Virus record (IMG/VR): IMGVR_UViG_3300002219_000133
DNA: 20,000 bases
Strand: one strand, 5' to 3'
DNA from: an uncultured virus (IMG/VR IMGVR_UViG_3300002219_000133)
Taxonomy: Duplodnaviria; Heunggongvirae; Uroviricota; Caudoviricetes
Shown here: piece after piece, positions 1-7,994 of the stretch
Layout of the letters: every line of letters starts with the position of its first letter
How positions within the stretch are numbered: the stretch's first letter is position 1
The notes under the pieces: model-generated
Told to the model about the DNA's origin: nothing
Databases searched by the model: none
What the model saw: the letters and a program-made list of their open reading frames with translations, nothing else
Made by a program: the position numbers and the translations under genes

Positions 1-378
1 TTTTATTGTCTTATATCTTTTATAGTATTTTATAATATCAGACATGTCGTATACAAATCGTTTATCATCACACCGAAAATATGTTTCATACCAATTATTA
101 ACAATACTATAATTCTGATTTTGTGATAGTTTTTTATTAGTGTATAATCTTTCTTTTAATTCTTTTTCTAATGCTCTAATCCAACTTATATCTCTTTCTG
201 GAACAACAATCTTAAATAGCCAATTATACAATTTTTGATACGTGCTGATATATGGCTTATAATTTAATAATTCTTTAATAAAATCATTAACCTCATTTAT
301 ATATGAATCGACGCATTCATTCATAAGTTTATCATATTGACGTAATACCATTGGAACTTTAAATGTAATTAATTGCAT
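1..378 (-). CDS. hypothetical protein, partial (runs off the window start); not in ORF track
   Basis: ATG at 378 preceded by AGGTGA; open frame MQLITFKVPMVLRQYDKLMNEC... with no stop down to position 1 (126 codons). Confidence 0.75.
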   Translation of the reverse strand, partial: MQLITFKVPMVLRQYDKLMNECVDSYINEVNDFIKELLNYKPYISTYQKLYNWLFKIVVPERDISWIRALEKELKERLYTNKKLSQNQNYSIVNNWYETYFRCDDKRFVYDMSDIIKYYKRYKTIK

Positions 379-381
379 ATA

Positions 382-627
382 TCACCTATATTCTGGATAA
401 TCGAAGCCAACAAATTCATAGCCTGGCATTATTGTCAAAACATTTATATGTTCGTTTAATAAAATTTCACTTAGCCAAAACGTTCGCTGTAATAATCCTC
501 CTTCTGAATTTTTATAATGACATACTATTTGCAAATCTTTTTTGAACATATTAACATCTTCTTTAACATGTTTTTTTATTAGTTTAATTAATTTTATAAC
601 AATATTTGTTCCACTACTCCAACTCAT
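382..627 (-). CDS. hypothetical protein (81 aa)
   Basis: AAGGAG RBS upstream of ATG 627; packed between ligase and next ORF. Confidence 0.7.
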   Translation of the reverse strand: MSWSSGTNIVIKLIKLIKKHVKEDVNMFKKDLQIVCHYKNSEGGLLQRTFWLSEILLNEHINVLTIMPGYEFVGFDYPEYR

Positions 628-637
628 TTTTATCTCC

Positions 638-2617
638 TTAAAAATAATTATTCAAATCATTACTCTCAACTTGTTCGATCTTATCATCTTTTACATCAAA
701 AGTAACTGAAATTTTTTCAAACAACCAAAATTCATCGACAATAGGAATATTCAAATCTAAAGCTTTTTTCTTTTTGTTTGAATTGAATGATGAATCTTCT
801 TTTGAACCAATTATCAAACAATCTGTTTTTTTACTTACTGATCCACTACATTCACCTCCATTTCTTTTGACCATCAACTCTAATTCATCTCTGGATTTTG
901 TGGCAGCGCCAGTTATAACGAACTTCATTCCGGATAATACTGTTGATTGCGCCGTCTCTTTCTTAACAATAAATAATTCATCTATTTGATGCAATAATGC
1001 CTGATTTTTGTTGATGAATTCCATAATATTTTCTGCAACAACATCGCCAATATTCTCAATACTTCTGAGCATATTAAAATCGCAAGACATGAAATCGGAA
1101 ATTGTTTTAAATTGGTTACCAAGTTTTTCACTGGTTGTTTCTCCTACATCTGGTATTCCTAGACTTGCAATGATTAGTTTAATGGGCTGAACCAAAGCTT
1201 TTTGAATGTTATTGTAAATTTTAGAAGCATTTGTTTTTCCCATTTTATCCATGTGCAGCAATTGTTCATATGTTAGTTTAAAAATATCAATCGGTCTAGA
1301 GATCAATTTATTATCAATTAGTTTTGCAATAATTCCCTCACCAACATTATCAATTTTAAGAGTTTTAACAAAGTGCTCAACTCTTGCTGCTAATTTACCA
1401 ATACAATTTTCATTTGTACAAATCAAATATTCAGCTTCAATCTTTTTTATTTGAGTTTGATGATGACATATTGGACATGTTGTTGGAATTTCAACATTTT
1501 GAACTGTTTTATTTTCAACAACTTTGTTGATATAAGGAATAATATAACCAGCCTTCTCTATTTCTACGAAGCATCCAGGCACTACTCCAAGTCTACGCAA
1601 TTGAGTTATATTATGAATGGTTGCTCGTGATATTGTAGAGCCTTCTAAATCAACAGATTCTAATTCAGCAACAGGTGTAATTCTATCTCGTCCGCATTGC
1701 CATGTTATTGATTTAACTTTTGTGATTGCTTTTTCCTGTTTAAATTTGAAAGCTTTTGCCCAAACCGGGCAATCACTTGTATATCCAAGAAGTTCGCGGT
1801 CTTTCATAGAAGCTAATTTTATAACTGCTCCATCAACCATATATGGTCTATTTTTATATGTTTTGCTTTTCTGATATTCATCAATTGTTTCAACAACTTT
1901 GGCGAAATTGTATTTTTCGTTGTTTAAGCTTATTCGTTTACCAGTAGCATCAAAAATTTCAAACAGCATGAATTGAACATATCTGTTTCTAACAACCGTA
2001 GAATCTAAACTTTTAATAGTTCCTGAAACAAGATTTCTTGGATTCTTGAATGCATTATTTTCTTGTTTGCATACTTTATTGAATGATTCTTTGAAAATAA
2101 TAAATTCGCCACGAATTTCGCCAGTAAAATCATTTCCAATAACTTTTAATATATCATTATAATTCCAGATCATTTTTGCATTTTCGGTAATATCATCTCC
2201 AATGCGTCCATCACCACGAGTAGCAGCGCGTTGAATAATACCATTAGCAATGTGAATAGATCCCGAGCACCCATCGTATTTATCTTCTATAACCATTTCA
2301 ATTTGATCTAGAGGACGATTTAATTTTTTAGAAATTGAATCTGCCCACTTAGTGAGTTCTTCAATTGAATAAACATTTTCAATTGATCCCATGACTCTAT
2401 CATGTTTTACTTTTTTGAATCCATCTACTAAGACCGAGCCAATCTTGTTTAACGGAGAATTTGATGTTACAAATTCAGGATATTGTTTTGAGAGTATCTC
2501 AAGCTCTTTCTTTGTCTTATCGAATATCTCATCCGATACAATTGGATTATCAAGAACTCGATATGCGTATTCATATTCATTGACGAGATTTTCAAGTCGA
2601 ATTATTTCTTGATTCAT
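638..2617 (-). CDS. ligA: NAD+-dependent DNA ligase (LigA type)
   Basis: Domain Ia (YAYRVLDNPIVSDEIFD), KxDG adenylation motif (EDKYDG), TRGDG, EIRGE, NPRN, DGAVIK, OB fold (ITPVAELESVDLEGSTISRATIHN), Zn finger (CPIC...CTNENC), HhH repeats, BRCT (FVITG...GSVSKKT). Confidence 0.97.
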   Translation of the reverse strand: MNQEIIRLENLVNEYEYAYRVLDNPIVSDEIFDKTKKELEILSKQYPEFVTSNSPLNKIGSVLVDGFKKVKHDRVMGSIENVYSIEELTKWADSISKKLNRPLDQIEMVIEDKYDGCSGSIHIANGIIQRAATRGDGRIGDDITENAKMIWNYNDILKVIGNDFTGEIRGEFIIFKESFNKVCKQENNAFKNPRNLVSGTIKSLDSTVVRNRYVQFMLFEIFDATGKRISLNNEKYNFAKVVETIDEYQKSKTYKNRPYMVDGAVIKLASMKDRELLGYTSDCPVWAKAFKFKQEKAITKVKSITWQCGRDRITPVAELESVDLEGSTISRATIHNITQLRRLGVVPGCFVEIEKAGYIIPYINKVVENKTVQNVEIPTTCPICHHQTQIKKIEAEYLICTNENCIGKLAARVEHFVKTLKIDNVGEGIIAKLIDNKLISRPIDIFKLTYEQLLHMDKMGKTNASKIYNNIQKALVQPIKLIIASLGIPDVGETTSEKLGNQFKTISDFMSCDFNMLRSIENIGDVVAENIMEFINKNQALLHQIDELFIVKKETAQSTVLSGMKFVITGAATKSRDELELMVKRNGGECSGSVSKKTDCLIIGSKEDSSFNSNKKKKALDLNIPIVDEFWLFEKISVTFDVKDDKIEQVESNDLNNYF

Positions 2618-2964
2618 TTTAATATTTCTCCTTTATTTATTTTATTACATTTTTGAATTATTTTCGAAATTCTTAATTCGTGATCTTCTCTTACTTTTTG
2701 AAATTCTTCATACTCGACATCTATTTGATTATAAAGAGCATCTAGATATTTTTTTCTAAGAATTTCAATATTTTCAACGCTATTATCCATTGTATACATA
2801 AATGGATATAGTCTGCGATCAAGTTCATATAAGCATTCATTTAAGTCAGACTTCTTAAATGAAAAATATCTATCATTGTAATATCGTGTTGGCGTTTCAT
2901 CAACATCGAAACGAAATATACTAACATTTCCATCATCTCTAAAGTGAACTTCAAACATAATCAA
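2614..2964 (-). CDS. hypothetical protein
   Basis: AAAGGAG RBS; 4-bp overlap with ligase start; real start may be ATG at 2958. Confidence 0.75.
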   Translation of the reverse strand: MIMFEVHFRDDGNVSIFRFDVDETPTRYYNDRYFSFKKSDLNECLYELDRRLYPFMYTMDNSVENIEILRKKYLDALYNQIDVEYEEFQKVREDHELRISKIIQKCNKINKGEILK

Positions 2965-2977
2965 TCTCCTTTATTGA

Positions 2978-3006
2978 ATTATAATATAAATTTGTAAAAA
3001 TTAATT
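2978..3006 (-). promoter_or_regulatory. putative WATTAA-N17-TATWWT promoter (ligase operon)
   Basis: AATTAA 3006-3001, 17 nt, TATAAT 2983-2978. Confidence 0.5.
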
Positions 3007-3229
3007 AGTCTAGGTCGAATTTAAATCCTGGAAGTTCACCAGTTCCTCGTCCATCAAAAGCTGGATCATGATGAATAACTGGATTTGCATCTAATTCTTT
3101 TTTAGCTTCAGACCACTTAGACGTTATTCTACTTCCACTAGAAGAAAATGGATCAAAACTTGGATCTTTCATTTCTTCTTCTGCCCATCTCATAATGTTT
3201 TCCAATTCTTTTCTTCGATATTCGTTCAT
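3005..3229 (-). CDS. hypothetical early protein (74 aa)
   Basis: Strong RBS AAAGGAG, directly downstream of early-type promoter. Confidence 0.8.
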   Translation of the reverse strand: MNEYRRKELENIMRWAEEEMKDPSFDPFSSSGSRITSKWSEAKKELDANPVIHHDPAFDGRGTGELPGFKFDLD

Positions 3230-3265
3230 TTCAAATCTCCTTTAATCTTTTTTTAATATGTTTAT

Positions 3266-3295
3266 ATCTTATAACATTTTTCACAATATGTAAAC
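3266..3295 (-). promoter_or_regulatory. early (sigma70/SigA-type) promoter, T4 Pe-like
   Basis: GTTTACA (-35 TTTACA 3294-3289), 17 nt, TAAGAT 3271-3266; T-tract upstream. Confidence 0.7.
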
Positions 3296-3326
3296 AAAAA
3301 AAAAATACCAACTTTTGGTTGGTATT
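3296..3326 (-). terminator. rho-independent terminator
   Basis: AATACCAAC-CAAAA-GTTGGTATT followed by a T run on the minus strand, downstream of 3352..4053. Confidence 0.7.
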
Positions 3327-3351
3327 AAAATAATCTGTTTCACCAGGAGTG

Positions 3352-4053
3352 CTAATCCCATAAGTGCTCAAAATACTTATAAAAATAATACTTTCCTTTT
3401 TTATATGCTTGTTTCTTCATCAAAGCTATATTATTCTTTGTATACAAAAATGAATCATTATCAGATGCTTTAAGCTTAAAGAATACTAACATATATCTGA
3501 GTTTTATTTTCCAATCATCAAAAGTCAAAGATCCTGGATATGAGTGAATTGAATCAATGAATGCTTTTAATCTTGGAATAATAAAACTAGATATTGTAGC
3601 ATCCAAATTCCATATTTCTTCATAGCTAAAATGGTTACGTTGTAAAAACAATAACTTATTATGATTAACCGATTGACAACAATCTGATGTTTTGATACAA
3701 TATTCATTATATTTAAGTTGACATTCTGTAACATTATCAACAGAAGAAAACTTTTCACATGTTTCACATTTATTGCAAATATCGCAATTTTCATTTATAT
3801 CGAAAACATTATTATATGATGGAAACAAAATTTTACTTGGAATAAATTTAATTGGATCAGAATCTTTAAATTCTGAAGTAATGACTTGAACAACTTTAAC
3901 TGGTTCAGAATATACTTCATAATATTCTCCATCATTATCCAAAACAGAACATTTGAAGCATAAATAATTCTGATAAGATTGATTAAGTAAAGGTGCTTGT
4001 TCTGTGTGTCCACAAATTGGGCATATATAATCAATAAAAATTTTATGATTCAT
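3352..4053 (-). CDS. Cys-rich hypothetical protein (N-terminal Zn ribbon)
   Basis: CPICGH...CFKC, CDICNKCETC; C-terminal WNLD..I..FIIPRLKAF region typical of phage hypotheticals. Confidence 0.75.
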   Translation of the reverse strand: MNHKIFIDYICPICGHTEQAPLLNQSYQNYLCFKCSVLDNDGEYYEVYSEPVKVVQVITSEFKDSDPIKFIPSKILFPSYNNVFDINENCDICNKCETCEKFSSVDNVTECQLKYNEYCIKTSDCCQSVNHNKLLFLQRNHFSYEEIWNLDATISSFIIPRLKAFIDSIHSYPGSLTFDDWKIKLRYMLVFFKLKASDNDSFLYTKNNIALMKKQAYKKGKYYFYKYFEHLWD

Positions 4054-4594
4054 GATTTACCAAACTTTCGATGTATTTTCCATCAATATATTTTATTATA
4101 AACCACAACTTGCCTTTATTAATTTTTTCTGATATCATATATCCCAAATGATAAAGATCATGATTCGGTAAAAATAATATGTGCCAATTGCTAAATCCAT
4201 ACACAACACCATTTTTTTGAGCTATGCAAACCGCATGTCCGGAACATTTTGAATTCATAACTGTTACAATATAAACATTTGAATAGCCAAGTTTTGGTAA
4301 TAACAATTCGCAAAAACTTGCAAAATCATCACAATCGCCAACTCTATCTTTTAGAAACATCAAAGGATGCTTGCTATAATCAATTAAATCTGACCGATAT
4401 GTAAAATAATTTCTAATCCAATGTTGCAACTCTACTGGTGTTTTTTCAAACAATCGTTGATCATCAATCAAATTTTCAAGATCCTCATCAGTTGAAACTC
4501 TATCCAATAAACAAAAGAATGCATACAAAAACATTGAATATATTGAGGACAATAAACTAATAAATCGAACAGTGTAGATTAACATCTTATCCAT
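4043..4594 (-). CDS. transglutaminase-like (papain fold) protein with N-terminal hydrophobic segment
   Basis: GDCDDFA catalytic Cys motif, GHAVC His motif, FSN third residue; hydrophobic residues ~5-30; AGGAG RBS. Confidence 0.7.
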   Translation of the reverse strand: MDKMLIYTVRFISLLSSIYSMFLYAFFCLLDRVSTDEDLENLIDDQRLFEKTPVELQHWIRNYFTYRSDLIDYSKHPLMFLKDRVGDCDDFASFCELLLPKLGYSNVYIVTVMNSKCSGHAVCIAQKNGVVYGFSNWHILFLPNHDLYHLGYMISEKINKGKLWFIIKYIDGKYIESLVNHES

Positions 4595-4614
4595 GATCTC
4601 AACTCCTAATATAA

Positions 4615-4649
4615 AAAGAAGAGCTTAGATATTATCTAAGCTCTTCTTT
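4615..4649. terminator. long inverted repeat / terminator
   Basis: AAAGAAGAGCTTAGAT-ATT-ATCTAAGCTCTTCTTT, 16-bp perfect stem, just downstream of 4663..5247. Confidence 0.75.
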
Positions 4650-4662
4650 AAATCAAATTTAT

Positions 4663-5247
4663 TTATTCAACAGTTCCATTGGTATAAATAACATACCATT
4701 CAGTGCCATTGAACATCATCATAACTCGTTCGGTAAGATTTGACATTGTAATAGTTGTACCACTAGCAAGATGAGCTGGTGTAATTACAAGTGTATTGGT
4801 TGCAAGTGCTTGTGCATGGTAGAATACTGTAAGCATCTGACCATTAACACCATCTGCCACGGTAAGAATGTCACCAGCTGCAGTTGTAGAAACATTCAAA
4901 ACAGAAGCATCGAGAGTAGCTGGAGCTGAAGCAGCAGTAATTGCAACGGTATCAACATCAACAACAAGTTTATCAACATTAAGATCTGTGATATCAGCAT
5001 CGTCTGCTGTTACAAGAGCAAATGGAGCGCTTGCTGAGCCATCAGCAATAACAGGAAGAAGCTTAGTCCAATCGCCTTTTGTTGTTGAATTTGCTCTCCA
5101 AATTGAACCATTAGATGTGTTCATATAAAGATCAGCATCAGAAGTTGGTGTAATAGAATAAGGATTGCCAATGCCATAGCTAGTAGCGGCCAAAACAGTA
5201 ACGACACTTGCCAGAACGAGAATCAGAGTCAAAAAATACTTTTTCAT
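4663..5247 (-). CDS. signal-peptide-bearing fibre/decoration-like protein (194 aa)
   Basis: MKK + hydrophobic core + VLA|A; GxGxP...DLYMNTSNGSIW and TVADGVNGQ...FNGTEWYVI motifs resemble phage fibre/structural domains; AAGGAG RBS. Confidence 0.7.
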   Translation of the reverse strand: MKKYFLTLILVLASVVTVLAATSYGIGNPYSITPTSDADLYMNTSNGSIWRANSTTKGDWTKLLPVIADGSASAPFALVTADDADITDLNVDKLVVDVDTVAITAASAPATLDASVLNVSTTAAGDILTVADGVNGQMLTVFYHAQALATNTLVITPAHLASGTTITMSNLTERVMMMFNGTEWYVIYTNGTVE

Positions 5248-5292
5248 TTATAAAAACTCCTTAAAATGTTTTAATTACAAATTTTTCATACT

Positions 5293-5303
5293 TATTTATT
5301 TAC
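5293..5303 (-). promoter_or_regulatory. putative late promoter (TAAATA core)
   Basis: GTAAATAAATA in the intergenic gap; resembles T4 late TATAAATA. Confidence 0.4.
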
Positions 5304-5720
5304 TTAAATAAATTTATCCAAATAACGTCTATTCTGTTCAAGAACATTAGAACTTAGTTTATCATAAGAGTTAAAATTATCAATAAGGTTTGCTCTCCAG
5401 TTTGATACCAAAGATTTCATATATCGAACAACTTCGTTCATTAATTTTGCTCTAGCTATTCTTATACCAACTTGAAGATCAAATCCATCGTTATGGCTAC
5501 ATTCCGCCTTACCATACATATTATTCAATTCTGGAAACTTTTCAACAATCTGACTACTAAATCTAACAATAATAGTATTATCAGATTTATAAACTTCTAA
5601 TGGATTTACTGATTTGAAGTCATAAATACTAAGAACACCAATAGTAAGTTCATTTGCAAAGCAACGATTTAAGCTATTCAAAACATGAACGTGTTTTTTA
5701 GAAAACTTTGTATATTTCAT
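5304..5720 (-). CDS. hypothetical phage protein (GxAxCxxxDxFDxxxGxxIA motif)
   Basis: GKAECSHNDGFDLQVGIRIARAK motif, common in phage hypotheticals. Confidence 0.75.
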   Translation of the reverse strand: MKYTKFSKKHVHVLNSLNRCFANELTIGVLSIYDFKSVNPLEVYKSDNTIIVRFSSQIVEKFPELNNMYGKAECSHNDGFDLQVGIRIARAKLMNEVVRYMKSLVSNWRANLIDNFNSYDKLSSNVLEQNRRYLDKFI

Positions 5721-5735
5721 TTATTAATCCTTTAT

Positions 5736-6659
5736 TTACCAAGGAAGAGATTCATCTTCTTCGTGATTAGAATCATCAGCAATGGCCTCATTTGAAAATT
5801 TTTCTTCAACTTTATCCATTGCTTCTTTTTCTTGTTTCTTTTCTTCCTTTTTAACAGCTTCTTCTTCTTTTACACGTTTTGATTTATCATCAATTGATTC
5901 ACCATGATTAATAGAATGAAACGTATTCCATTTTTCAATCATTTCATCATTTGAAATCAATCTGGATCTATCTGGCTCGAGATCAAACAACTGATTAAAA
6001 ATTGCTTCTATTTCTGTTTCAGTTTTTGCAACTGGAGTTTGTTCCGCTTCAAAACCAGATTCACCATAATCGCTAAAACCATTTTTACCCTTAGAAATGA
6101 TGATGTTGAAATTTTTTCCTTCCCAAAGATCATGAATCATTTCTGGCTGTCTAATCAACGAACCATCTTCATCTTTTGGTGGAAAAAGTTTATTGTTAAT
6201 TTTTTTAACAAGTGTATCAGCAAGATACATTTTCTTAACATGTCCAACACAATCTGGCTGAGACTTATCTTTTACAACGAGAACATTAACAATATTTGTT
6301 GTTGATCGATATTCAGGAACTTTTGGAAATTCAACGCCATTTTCTTTTTGTCTATTCCATTCAGTTCCAGCAATCTGACACATATCACAATCTTTCATTG
6401 AACCGAATGTCGATGGGCACAGAAGATACAAACTCTTATTATTAATTCGTGCTTTATGAGCTCTAACCGTCTGAATAGGATGTTTACTAATATCTTTTTG
6501 AGGAAGAAATCTAACTACACAATTACCATTGCCATTTGCATCGAGTTTTGGAAAGTAGATGCTATCATCTTTTTTAAATTTGTTTTCCTGATCTTCGCGC
6601 ATCTTTTCAAAGTTACCGGCCATTTCATTTCGTTTCTTTTTTAATTCTTTAAAGTCCAT
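5736..6659 (-). CDS. gp32: single-stranded DNA-binding protein, T4 gp32 family
   Basis: GNGNCVVRFLP, His + CPSTFG..CDMC Zn site, NVLVVKD, HDLWEGKNF, DYGESGF, acidic C-terminal tail. Confidence 0.93.
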   Translation of the reverse strand: MDFKELKKKRNEMAGNFEKMREDQENKFKKDDSIYFPKLDANGNGNCVVRFLPQKDISKHPIQTVRAHKARINNKSLYLLCPSTFGSMKDCDMCQIAGTEWNRQKENGVEFPKVPEYRSTTNIVNVLVVKDKSQPDCVGHVKKMYLADTLVKKINNKLFPPKDEDGSLIRQPEMIHDLWEGKNFNIIISKGKNGFSDYGESGFEAEQTPVAKTETEIEAIFNQLFDLEPDRSRLISNDEMIEKWNTFHSINHGESIDDKSKRVKEEEAVKKEEKKQEKEAMDKVEEKFSNEAIADDSNHEEDESLPW

Positions 6660-6726
6660 TTTTAATTCCTTTTTAAATTGGTTTTTAATGCTTGTTTATT
6701 ATAAGTTTTTTAATTGTTTTTTAATA
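6660..6726 (-). promoter_or_regulatory. gp32 leader: WATTAA-N17-TATAAT promoter plus unstructured TTAAAAA repeats
   Basis: TATTAA 6726-6721, TATAAT 6703-6698; five TTAAAAA units up to the ATG. Confidence 0.55.
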
Positions 6727-6930
6727 TTAAATGTTGGCCTCCTTCAATTTACTTTTCCATAGAATATGTGTAGTTTCTTTTGGCATTTTATTTAATGTTT
6801 TTAAAGTAATTATAATGCTATCATCAATAAATTTTCCATATACTGGATGACCGTATTCATCATCTTTTAATAGACCACTACGAAAGCTTTTCAAAAAAGT
6901 ATTCAAATCGTACAATTCTTCATGATTCAT
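6727..6930 (-). CDS. hypothetical protein (67 aa)
   Basis: GAGGT RBS before ATG 6930. Confidence 0.7.
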   Translation of the reverse strand: MNHEELYDLNTFLKSFRSGLLKDDEYGHPVYGKFIDDSIIITLKTLNKMPKETTHILWKSKLKEANI

Positions 6931-6960
6931 ACATACCTCTTTTTAAAAATACATTAGCAG

Positions 6961-7044
6961 TGCCGGATATCGGACTCGAACCGATAAGAGATTTCTCTCG
7001 AGTGATTTTAAGTCACTTGCGTATACCAATTTCGCCAATCCGGC
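6961..7044 (-). tRNA. trnL-UAA: tRNA-Leu (UAA), long variable arm, no encoded CCA
   Basis: GCCGGAT/ATCCGGC acceptor stem, AGTGA-CTTAAAA-TCACT anticodon arm, ATCGG-TTCGAGT-CCGAT T arm. Confidence 0.95.
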
Positions 7045-7051
7045 ATTTCAT

Positions 7052-7124
7052 CAGGGCCATCTGGATTCGAACCAGAATAATCAGAGTCAAAGTCTGATAC
7101 ACTAACCAATTATGTTATAGCCCT
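7052..7124 (-). tRNA. trnQ-UUG: tRNA-Gln (UUG), no encoded CCA
   Basis: AGGGCTA/TGGCCCT acceptor stem, TCAGA-CTTTGAC-TCTGA anticodon arm, TCTGG-TTCGAAT-CCAGA T arm, G73. Confidence 0.93.
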
Positions 7125-7154
7125 TTGGTTTTGTTCATCAACCTTATGAAAATT

Positions 7155-7183
7155 ATTATATCATACTCTCATAATTTTTAATA
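7155..7183 (-). promoter_or_regulatory. putative WATTAA-N17-TATWWT promoter for the tRNAs
   Basis: TATTAA 7183-7178, 17 nt, TATAAT 7160-7155 with TGn extension; lies in the 3' end of the upstream CDS. Confidence 0.55.
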
Positions 7184-7749
7184 ATTTTTCTAACTATAAT
7201 TTTAATTTTATCGAAGAACTTTTTTCTATCATTATTTATTGAGTATTTACAATAATCGAAGAATCTTTCCATAATTGGATCTGAGACAATTAAACCGACT
7301 TCTGGTGAACAATAGAACAAGTCTATTGGCTGAATATAATTAAAAATATAACTGTTGTGTGTGATTTCAGACCACAAATTATCAGATTCAATCATTAATT
7401 TTATTGTTGTAAAATCATTATCGATCATCATAAACACATAAGCAATAATACCATTATAAATGCTTTTCATTTTAGCAGCATTAAATGTTATATGATCAGT
7501 TAAATTTGTGATAATAGAAAACTTTCCATCATTAAGAATATTGTTCATTATCAGCAATTCATAATTATCTTTAAAAACTTCTCTCATATAAGCTAATTGA
7601 ACCAATATGCTAGATGAACAAAAACCATTTATATTCAACAAATTAGAAGAATCATTAAATGTTTTTATTTCTTCTTTGGTGATCTCGCCCTTTAAATATA
7701 ATGAAACATTATTGTAAAGTATAAATGCATATTGTTCTTTATAGTTCAT
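7156..7749 (-). CDS. putative helicase loader, gp59-like
   Basis: Size (~200 aa) and position between gp33-like and gp32 match T4 order 33-59-32; N-terminal AFILYNNVSLYL resembles gp59; sequence evidence weak. Confidence 0.5.
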   Translation of the reverse strand: MNYKEQYAFILYNNVSLYLKGEITKEEIKTFNDSSNLLNINGFCSSSILVQLAYMREVFKDNYELLIMNNILNDGKFSIITNLTDHITFNAAKMKSIYNGIIAYVFMMIDNDFTTIKLMIESDNLWSEITHNSYIFNYIQPIDLFYCSPEVGLIVSDPIMERFFDYCKYSINNDRKKFFDKIKIIVRKIIKNYESMI

Positions 7750-7994
7750 TAAAAATACTCGCTAATTGAAATGGTTTGATGATCGTTTTCGTGGTTATTA
7801 AGCAATTTAAATTTTTTTGAATTCTGCTCTAATACTAACAATAAACCTTTAAAGTTTTTAATCCATTCTCCAACTTCGACAGGATCAACTTCTTCTTTAA
7901 TACATATTTCACCTATGCATTCAGACAGTGGATGATCTTCTGTCATTTGACCAATAGCCTTCTCAATGATCTTCATAAATTTATGCTCTTGCAT
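7749..7994 (-). CDS. putative late-promoter transcription coactivator, gp33-like
   Basis: 81-aa helical protein, ECIGEICIKEEVDPVEVGEWI pattern like gp33; synteny with 59/32. Confidence 0.6.
   Translation of the reverse strand: MQEHKFMKIIEKAIGQMTEDHPLSECIGEICIKEEVDPVEVGEWIKNFKGLLLVLEQNSKKFKLLNNHENDHQTISISEYF

Noticed and set aside
774..2612. Plus-strand ORFs antisense to the ligase (and similar ones at 4868, 6039, 6456, 8249, 11484, 12841, 15138, 17266, 18507)
   Set aside because: Shadow ORFs of well-supported minus-strand genes, with no recognisable motifs
3567..4034. Alternate-frame ORFs 3567..3794 and 3795..4034
   Set aside because: Nested within 3352..4053, with composition typical of off-frame AT-rich sequence
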